A program made the position numbers and the translations under genes. Below the pieces are notes generated by a model that was not told the DNA's origin, searched no databases, and worked only from the letters and a program-made list of their open reading frames with translations. DNA of 60,409 nt, filler included. It is 7 parts of 7 records of this genome, joined end to end, with 100 filler letters (N's around TTAATTAATTAA, not from the genome) between each part and the next. Parts side by side here need not be neighbours in the genome. Positions count along the whole stretch, not along the records: positions 53,283 to 60,409 come from SRR20825019_25; 6 more parts are not named here. The stretch is one strand, 5' to 3'. Of this stretch, positions 53,283-60,409 are shown one piece after another (the stretch's first letter is position 1; every line of letters starts with the position of its first letter).

Positions 53283-54944
53283 AGGGACCGCCTTTTTTAT
53301 TTGGTTGCGGGGACCCGAGGCCACCATTGTTATAACTTCAGGTGGACTTTGGTTTTTATGCTCGGTCGCAATGTCGAGAATGCCCATCAACTCACCCCGC
53401 AAGCTGATTTGAAAGTCGCCGCGCTTATCTCCCGGCGTGACAATTATTTCTCCAACTACAGACCTGATTGCGTCTGCCGCCTCCGCATACATCAGTGGAT
53501 CGTCAAGAGCTGCGGTCAGGTTTTGCACCTTCTTCCGGTAAATCTCCGCAATATTTGGATGGATGTCGGGAACATCTTGAGGAACCTCATCCATACGCGC
53601 GATGATCTCTTGTTTTTCCTGCTCAAGCTCTTCCATTCGGAACTTCATCGCCGACTGGTACATGCCATCTTCAATAGCCGACATAATGCCCGCAATCCCG
53701 CGCTCGACCTTTTCCAGTTTCTGCCGATCAAGAACAGCTTGTGCACGGCGTTCCCGGTTCATCTGGTTCAGACCTTCGGCATAGGCCTGAACCGCTTCTG
53801 CCACCGCCTCTGCAGAAACCAGTTTTTCGGTAAGCCCGGCCAGAACACGGGCTTCAATCTTGTCCCGAACAATTGTTCGACCATTGTCACAGGTTCCACG
53901 ACGATAACGATTTAAGCATCCATAGCGGTCCCGGGTGATGATGCCATAGTTACCACCACAGCAACCGCACTTGATAAGACCGGAAAACAGGAAAGCAGGT
54001 CTGCGTAGGGTATTGAGCTTTGCAGCATGGTATGCACGAACACCCTTGGTTACATTTGCATACTTCCTGGAGATTTCTTCCTGCCGACGACGTGTGGCCT
54101 GCCATAGATCATCTTCAACGATACGCAACCCAGGCACCTCAGTCCGAACCCACTCGGTTTTCGGGTTAGGTCGTGAAACCCGCTTTCCGGTCGCCGGGTT
54201 CTTGACATAATGGAGCCGGTTCCAGACCATCACGCCGATATAAAGCTCGTTATTCACGATGCCAGTCCCTCGGGAAACATGACCACGAATGGTCGTATCA
54301 CCCCAAACCCGACCATACGGACCAGGAACACCTTCCCGGTTAAGATCGGCGGCGATCGCCTTCGGACTTTTACCCGCAGAAAATTCACGGAAAATGCGGC
54401 GGACAATTTCAGCTTCCGCTTCGTTGATTCTGCGCTCACCGGTAACCGGTTCGCCATCACTGTTTAGACGCTTTACAACATCATATCCGTAGCAAATCCC
54501 GCCGCCGGATTTACCGTTCTCAACACGACCACGAAGACCTCGACGGGTTTTATCGGCAAGGTCCTTGAGAAAGAGCGCATTCATGGTGCCCTTGAGGCCC
54601 ACATGCAGTTCGGAGATTTCACCTTCAGCCAAGGTAACGATACGCACTCCTGCGAACTTCAGATGTTTGAACAAAGTTGCGACATCGGCCTGATCTCGGC
54701 TGACGCGATCCAATGCTTCTGCCAGCACCACATCGAACTTCTGCGCCTGCGCATCTTGCAACAGGCTTTGAATACCCGGCCGCAAGGTAATGCTGGCACC
54801 TGAGATTGCTGCATCATGGTAGGTACCGACAATTCGCCACCTCTCCCGCTTTACCTGCTCTCGGCAAATGCGGAACTGATCTTCGATAGAGTTTTCACTT
54901 TGGTTGTCAGAGGAGTAACGGGCATAAAGCGCTGCACGGATCAT
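53283..54944 (-). CDS. Large serine recombinase (resolvase + recombinase + zinc ribbon + coiled coil); stop codon beyond the contig edge
   Basis: YARYS catalytic motif, SIEDQ, DRVSR, CGCCGG...YGC...C zinc ribbon. Confidence 0.96.
53302..53326 (-). mobile_element. Candidate att junction containing a tRNA-fMet-like 3' end (CCCCGCAACCA)
   Basis: Minus strand reads TGGTGGCCTCGGGT-CCCCGCAACCA, an imperfect TGGT.GC...GC.ACCA dyad inside the last codons of the recombinase. Confidence 0.55.
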
Positions 54945-54974
54945 GAGGCTTTCCTTTCTCGCAAAACAAAAGGT

Positions 54975-55202
54975 TCACCCTTTGGGGCCTTGCCCCTTTA
55001 TCTCTTCTTCCAATGTGGCAGGACTATTGTCGTTGGCTGCCCGACGTTGCTTTTCCTCCCAAGCCAAATAATGTTTTCGAGCTAAATGATGGCCGACGGC
55101 ACGGGCGATAACACAAACATGCTGGTCCTGCTTAATTTCCATCCCATCATTGTCGTTAGCCGGGGGTGTTACAGCTACCCTTGCTTCTGATTTCTTAGCC
55201 AT
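54975..55202 (-). CDS. Small protein upstream of the recombinase
   Basis: 75 aa with GAGGTGGA RBS; two ANDN motifs around IARAVGHHLAR. Confidence 0.7.
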   Translation of the reverse strand: MAKKSEARVAVTPPANDNDGMEIKQDQHVCVIARAVGHHLARKHYLAWEEKQRRAANDNSPATLEEEIKGQGPKG

Positions 55203-55488
55203 CGGTCCACCTCTTCATGCAATGGATAGATCTGCCAAGAATGCTCTAGTCAAAAGATCATAGGAACCGCACTCAAATACGACAGGCACACGTTTTTGCT
55301 AAATAATAAGTGTGACATTTGCACGATTTGCCTTTGATAGCGTGATCAAATCAAGCATCATTAGAGAACGATGTACGCCTTGGCAATCACAACTGCTAGG
55401 GATAGAAAATAGTAGGCTGTGCAGGTTAAGCGGGGCCTTGAGAAACTGGGCTGATTATTTACGCCGCTTTTTGTCTCTGGTATCCCCC

Positions 55489-57243
55489 TCAGCTATTCGC
55501 AAACCATATCACTATAATTATGAACGCCAAGAACAGTATAGGCGTCAAAGTACCGGACTGCTTCTCTGGTTGCTGTTGTGGTGAATATTTTCCAGCACTT
55601 GATTGACGAGGCGCAGCTCGACCGTAAGATGTCTTCGAGGTGCTTGGGAAAGTTGGAGAGCTTCGAGTGCTACTGCCTGCCCCAATTTGTTGAAGAATCT
55701 TTGCGTTAGCCTGTGCCGATCTAGTTGTTGAAGCTGCTGTCGGTTTATGGCTTGTGCCCTTCGATCCGCGTAGAGAAGTACGATTGGGGGATAGCTGACT
55801 GAGAATAGCATCATTTCCCGTCAAGCGGCCCTCACTCCCTCCATTTGATGCCGTTCTAGTTGCCCGACCCAAGCGCCACAATGCTTCTTCCGACGAAATC
55901 CGCTTGATCTGAGTAGCTTCTGTAATTGTGATACCGACGTGCGAGTAAGTTGACTTCTTGAACGGTGGATCGATTAAACCGGTTACGGAAATATATTGCC
56001 CCACCCAAGCAGCGGACGGGGTCTCGCGAAGTATCTTCAAACCTTCGCTCCAAATCGAGAGCTTAACTGCGTTCCCGCGCCAATCACTGAAGTTAACAAA
56101 GATATAGGGCTTCCTGCCTCGCGTCCGACCTTCCTTAACGTCAAGAACCTTTCCTATCAATTCAACACGGTTGCCAACTTGGCTCAGTGCCGCGTTGTAG
56201 TTCGAAGCATCGATAACGTCATAAGCACCAATGTATTCGTGCACAACTTTGCGAGAAGCTGTGGTGCTTGTAACTTTAATTGCCGCTTTCGGTATGTTTT
56301 TGCCGACAAGAAAATCTTCTAGTGTCGGGATATCCCTAAATGCAGATGAGCATATGTTGCTAAGATTCTCGGCTGCTTGCTTCAGGCCTGGAAAAGCACG
56401 GAGAGCAGAGAACACTTTTGAGCTGGAGGGATCAGCATAGTCACTGGCGCTAAAAATGATGTTCTGGCCGTTCGAATACTCATCGAACAGTTGTGGACGA
56501 GACGCCAACGCCTGAAGGCTTAGATCAATCACAATATACGAGAAGCGATCCATCTCTGGACCAAAATCAGCAGCGCTCCTTTTAGGATGTTGAAAGTGCT
56601 TCTGACCCGTCTCAAATCCCTTGCCGATGGGAAGCCCAGGTACAAACAACCCATCGTAGTCAATTAGCTTCAAGCCATTAGATATGACTACGTTGCCATT
56701 CTGAAGGTCGCCATGTGCAATCCCGGCTCTACGGAGGTTCTGCTCCATAGTGAAAAAGTCGGCCCGCAGTTTGTCGATAGCTGAGGCTGATCCGAAATTC
56801 TTCTCAAGGAATGACCCAAGGGTGTCGCCTTGTGCCCACTCCATCTTGACTATTGGGTAGCGCTGACCATCAACAAGGATGCCATCTTTCTGGTATTCAA
56901 AGCCAACAAAGTATCCTGAAGTCTGCTTGGCAATGACCGCACTAATTTTCTCGTAGCGAGTTTCTAGGTGAGAGGAATCTCGTTGAAAGCAGCGGACAGC
57001 AAACTTCTTACCTGCATCAATCGTGTACGTCAGTGCAAAGCCACCGCCCAATGCGAGCGGAACACCCAACCCGGTAGTTACTGCGCTCCCAGACTTTAAT
57101 ACAGGGTCTGAAAAGACGATGGACGGGGACTGGACAGCAGTGGTGTACACGTCTTCAGGAAATGATCTACGTGACGGAAAAGACTTGGATGTTTGGGAAG
57201 CGTTGCTATTTACAGACTCGGCGTGTAACGCGAACAACCCCAC
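55489..57243 (-). CDS. Ser/Thr kinase-like protein with OB-fold and C-terminal TM (start uncertain)
   Basis: GGGFALTY, AVRCF, HGDLQNGN, LIDYDG, FQHP, DRFS. OB-like VELIGKV...IFVNF...ISVTGLI; S/T-rich linker; TM tail. Confidence 0.88.
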   Translation of the reverse strand: MGLFALHAESVNSNASQTSKSFPSRRSFPEDVYTTAVQSPSIVFSDPVLKSGSAVTTGLGVPLALGGGFALTYTIDAGKKFAVRCFQRDSSHLETRYEKISAVIAKQTSGYFVGFEYQKDGILVDGQRYPIVKMEWAQGDTLGSFLEKNFGSASAIDKLRADFFTMEQNLRRAGIAHGDLQNGNVVISNGLKLIDYDGLFVPGLPIGKGFETGQKHFQHPKRSAADFGPEMDRFSYIVIDLSLQALASRPQLFDEYSNGQNIIFSASDYADPSSSKVFSALRAFPGLKQAAENLSNICSSAFRDIPTLEDFLVGKNIPKAAIKVTSTTASRKVVHEYIGAYDVIDASNYNAALSQVGNRVELIGKVLDVKEGRTRGRKPYIFVNFSDWRGNAVKLSIWSEGLKILRETPSAAWVGQYISVTGLIDPPFKKSTYSHVGITITEATQIKRISSEEALWRLGRATRTASNGGSEGRLTGNDAILSQLSPNRTSLRGSKGTSHKPTAASTTRSAQANAKILQQIGAGSSTRSSPTFPSTSKTSYGRAAPRQSSAGKYSPQQQPEKQSGTLTPILFLAFIIIVIWFANS

Positions 57244-57850
57244 CTGTGGTGATGTTCAGCTTCTCTATCTGGGATTGACTCGGAATGTCTCAGACAGAAA
57301 CCAAGGAAGATCTGCACCTGATAGCTGGGATCGTGAGCATGTTTTCCCGAAGAGCTACGGACTTGGGCGGCAATCCCAGTACGGATATACAGATCTTCAT
57401 CACTTGCGCCCCGCTGATCGTACGTTGAATGGCTATCATTCAAACTACCCCTACTGCCAAGGGGGAGAACCGTTATTCGACAAGCACAATGATGGTTCGT
57501 TTAGCCCAACCTCTGCAAAGTACGACTCAGACAGGAAATGCTTTGAGCCGACTGATATTGCAAAAGGTCAAGTTGCCAGAATGGTCTTTTACATGGCCGT
57601 TAGGTATGAACCTGAAGACACAGAACCAGGGAATATGCCAGACCTTGAGGTAGTATCTTTGGAAGAGGCCTCCCCGGAGGACGGCCTCATTGGGGATCTG
57701 TGTGCGCTTGTCCAGTGGAACCGCCAGTATTCGCCTTCAGATTTCGAGCGTCTTAGGAATGATCGCATCGAATATATACAAGGAAACCGTAACCCATTTG
57801 TCGATCATCCTGAATGGGTTGACGTAATCTGGAAGTCATATTGCAATTAG
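57188..57850 (+). CDS. Endonuclease I / Bsn-like His-Me nuclease, apparently N-terminally truncated
   Basis: VWEAL..TD, WDREHVFPKS, TDLHHLRP, KGQVARMVFYMAVRY, RND.I...QGNRNPFVDHPEW. The upstream part of the ORF (57023-57187) is antisense to the kinase. Confidence 0.8.
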   Translation, partial: DVWEALLFTDSACNANNPTCGDVQLLYLGLTRNVSDRNQGRSAPDSWDREHVFPKSYGLGRQSQYGYTDLHHLRPADRTLNGYHSNYPYCQGGEPLFDKHNDGSFSPTSAKYDSDRKCFEPTDIAKGQVARMVFYMAVRYEPEDTEPGNMPDLEVVSLEEASPEDGLIGDLCALVQWNRQYSPSDFERLRNDRIEYIQGNRNPFVDHPEWVDVIWKSYCN

Positions 57851-59283
57851 GCAATGACCACGAAAAAGCGATCACTCACCCCACAAACTAAGCGTGTTCT
57901 CTTGTTGATCAAGAAAGCTTGTACCCAGTGCACCCCCCGAAACTTTGTCGGCTCGTATCGACTATTCATGTCTTTTGATGGATAGAACCCACCACGCAAA
58001 CAATCGGAGTTAGCCGCTTCCTCGTCAGTATTTACAACCTGCCATTCGACTTTGAAATCTTTCGAAAACGGAAGCCCGGATGCCTGCTGCACGGCACGGA
58101 AATAAATGCCACTATTGGGGTGTATCATATCTCCACTAGTTAGCGGTCTCAAATCCGCACCATCTTCTTCCGCACGCTCATAAGCAACAATGCGCACAGG
58201 AACTTGATTAGCGGCATTTCGGTAGGGCACGGAAACAACTTGAGGCAGGTTTGCGGGCATTTGAGTAAGGATTTGACGGCCACGCGCTTCTACGAGCGAG
58301 ACCAAATCTTTTCCTTGCTGAATGGCATCAGCGAAGACGCGCAATCGGCGAGATGCTGCTTCTTTTACTTCACCTTTAGCGAAAGATTCTCCAAACAGCC
58401 TACGCCATTTCTTTATGCTCTCGTCACGGTCTTCTTCTCCGTAGGCGTCATCAACCCACTCGCGATATTGTGAGATCTTATTGCGAAAATTATCATATTG
58501 TTCCTGTGTCCACTTCCTTGTGAAACTCTCACCAGGAAGTGCTGGGTTCTCAACCGCAGGAAGATCAGGGTTCTCTTGAAGCCAATCATCTAGGCGACCT
58601 ACTATTACTTTGAGGGTCGTTGGCAGGTCAGGGTAAGTATCAAATATGACCCCATCAAAGACGCCTACACGCTCACCGATTAGGGTTGTTAGGAGCACCG
58701 ATTTTGCTGAGAAAGTGCTCTTGGTATCCCTCAAATACTTCAGGAGACGGGCGGTCTTGATAAGATAGTTGCCACCGACGGCTTTGTTCTGCTCTGACCA
58801 CCATTCTTTGAAACCATCTCCATCTGAAGCCTCAAAGCAGTTCTCAGCTCGGTTACAAACCTCGTAGGTGTCTGAGCCTAGCCAATGTTCTCGAACAACA
58901 ATCGGGACAACATCGAGATGGAAATCGCCCGCATAATCAACGGTCACACAACGGGATTTCCGCGACGTCTTGTCTTTATATGTTGCACTTGCGCGAAACA
59001 CTCTTCGCAGTTCGTTCACATACTTGGCAGCGTCCCAATCATCAACCGGTTCTAAGTAGACCACCAGATCAGCATCAAATTCCTTATTCCCTGTTGGTGG
59101 CTTAATAATCGTCTTATGCGCCCAAGAACCCTGAGCGGCGAAACGTATAATTTTTGGCTCGTAATCAGAGTCGCGAAGGAATCTCTTTATCGTATCAACA
59201 CGCTGGCTCAGTAGATCAATCCGTGCCTGATTGAGGTTGACCGTATCGCGCAAGAAATCATCAAATCGCGCCGTCAGCTTCAC
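57847..59283 (-). CDS. CBASS cyclic oligonucleotide synthase (CD-NTase/SMODS) with C-terminal AGS-C domain
   Basis: QGSWAHKTIIKP, EFDADL, FHLDVVP, RLLKYLRD, WRRLFG. AGS-C motif WQVVNT..EA....LRGGFY...E.T.F.G.HWVQAF. GTGA overlap with the patatin stop. Confidence 0.93.
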   Translation of the reverse strand: MKLTARFDDFLRDTVNLNQARIDLLSQRVDTIKRFLRDSDYEPKIIRFAAQGSWAHKTIIKPPTGNKEFDADLVVYLEPVDDWDAAKYVNELRRVFRASATYKDKTSRKSRCVTVDYAGDFHLDVVPIVVREHWLGSDTYEVCNRAENCFEASDGDGFKEWWSEQNKAVGGNYLIKTARLLKYLRDTKSTFSAKSVLLTTLIGERVGVFDGVIFDTYPDLPTTLKVIVGRLDDWLQENPDLPAVENPALPGESFTRKWTQEQYDNFRNKISQYREWVDDAYGEEDRDESIKKWRRLFGESFAKGEVKEAASRRLRVFADAIQQGKDLVSLVEARGRQILTQMPANLPQVVSVPYRNAANQVPVRIVAYERAEEDGADLRPLTSGDMIHPNSGIYFRAVQQASGLPFSKDFKVEWQVVNTDEEAANSDCLRGGFYPSKDMNSRYEPTKFRGVHWVQAFLINKRTRLVCGVSDRFFVVIA

Positions 59284-60326
59284 GAGATAGCCTCCTCAAG
59301 TTGATACACTGGAACAAATTCAGGGGCTGGCTCGTAAAAAAAATGCCGCCGCAATTCGGGCAACTGCTCTCTCGCTTCGACCTTTGCACGGCCAACCATT
59401 TCTCTGATTACCGAGGTGTCGTCCAACGTGTAACGCCCCTGTGGTGCGTTCTGGTCTACGCGCCAGATTGCCTTTTTACCATGATGGCCGTCTCCGGTTA
59501 GTATCTTCGCAGTTCCCAACGCGCTGTGAGCCTGCCCAGCCATAAACAACCGGGTTAATCCACTCGCCAACGAGAGGATGCCAGTTCCACGGGACCGAGC
59601 GACGACTTCATTGATTGTTCCGATGCTTAGTACCTTGATTTGGTCTCGCGGCCAGCCGAGCAAACCAACAGCTTCCGTTACAGCAACCCCTATCGGGTTA
59701 TTAGCCCATACCCCTCCATCTACAAGCTCCACGCCATCACCTGTAAGGTGTGGCTTGAGATAGGTAGGTGCGGCTGCTGTAGCCATTGCCGCGTCCACCG
59801 CTGAACATTTGTAATCTGTTCGGAGGCGCTCATGGTGTGCGGTCTTGTATATGTAAACCCGTTCGGTCTCCGCGTGCCACGCTGGAATAATTAAACGAGT
59901 TTTGCTTTCGCCTATTTTCTTGTTTTGTAGAATCCCCTTCAGGGCATCGTGTAAATTCTCTGAATCATGCTTCGACTTTATAACTCGTCGAAACTTCTTC
60001 AGGTTTCGTAAAACTATATTCGCAGCAGTGCCTTTATCTTGACCAAAGATCGCAGGTCCGTGTTTCTCGTAGAGTTCTTGTATCTCTGCGGCGGTCTTGC
60101 CCAAGCCCAATCCAAGGGCGATGATACCGCCCGTAGAGGTTCCTGCGATTAAATCGAAGTAAGAGCCGATTGGTTGATCAACATCCTCTTCAAGGCTTGC
60201 CAGAAATGCAGCAGGAAAGACACCCCTTATGCCTCCCCCATCTATAGACAAAATCCTGTAAGATCGCCCCTCAAACACTCCAGCACCTATATCTACTTGT
60301 ATAATGCAACCATGCTTACTACCCAA
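59280..60326 (-). CDS. CBASS patatin-like phospholipase effector (CapV-like); start may be GTG at 60278
   Basis: ILSIDGGGIRG, GTSTGG nucleophile, DGGVWANNP; translationally coupled to the CD-NTase. Confidence 0.92.
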   Translation of the reverse strand: MGSKHGCIIQVDIGAGVFEGRSYRILSIDGGGIRGVFPAAFLASLEEDVDQPIGSYFDLIAGTSTGGIIALGLGLGKTAAEIQELYEKHGPAIFGQDKGTAANIVLRNLKKFRRVIKSKHDSENLHDALKGILQNKKIGESKTRLIIPAWHAETERVYIYKTAHHERLRTDYKCSAVDAAMATAAAPTYLKPHLTGDGVELVDGGVWANNPIGVAVTEAVGLLGWPRDQIKVLSIGTINEVVARSRGTGILSLASGLTRLFMAGQAHSALGTAKILTGDGHHGKKAIWRVDQNAPQGRYTLDDTSVIREMVGRAKVEAREQLPELRRHFFYEPAPEFVPVYQLEEAIS

Positions 60327-60409
60327 AATACATATCAGTAAAGTTTAATTTTCAGCTCTGACCGCCTTCACCTTCAACACAGCCCAACCAAAGGTCCGAA
60401 CCACAAGCA

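Larger units (their letters stand above)
53302..60409. mobile_element. Integrative element/defence island (other end not in window)
   Basis: Serine integrase plus att-like site, with CBASS, kinase and nuclease cargo. Confidence 0.7.

Noticed and set aside
57023-57187. N-terminal extension of the endonuclease ORF
   Set aside because: It is the antisense of conserved kinase codons, with no signal peptide or family similarity.

Overview
This window is not one locus. It is seven unrelated contigs joined by 100-nt N linkers that carry TTAATTAATTAA. (1) 1-8520 is AT-rich and non-coding. It holds about 40 copies, on both strands, of the decamer ACACCTTTCC/GGAAAGGTGT, most followed about 25-40 nt later by a non-repeating tract that starts A/C-rich. 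My best interpretation is a dense array of kinetoplast guide-RNA cassettes from a non-trypanosomatid kinetoplastid (inference, not proven). (2) 8621-16227 is GC-rich eukaryotic DNA with short GT-AG introns: two reconstructed spliced genes, an intronless Zn-repeat alpha-kinase and an orphan ORF. (3, 4) 16328-29183 and 29284-37519 are intronless, same-strand, kinetoplastid-like gene clusters: a 3024-aa class III cyclase, WDR74/Nsa1, COX6A-like, RING, thioredoxin-like and Sec22-longin proteins. (5, 6) 37620-44891 and 44992-53182 are Flavobacteriaceae-type housekeeping DNA (pheS, mtgA, accC, GH16, waaA, DegT, galE, mfd). (7) 53283-60409 is an alphaproteobacterial-type integrative element. Its large serine recombinase runs into a tRNA-like 3' end, and it carries a kinase-OB-fold protein, an endonuclease I and a CBASS pair (patatin + CD-NTase with AGS-C domain). 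All family calls come from motif recognition by eye; no searches were run.
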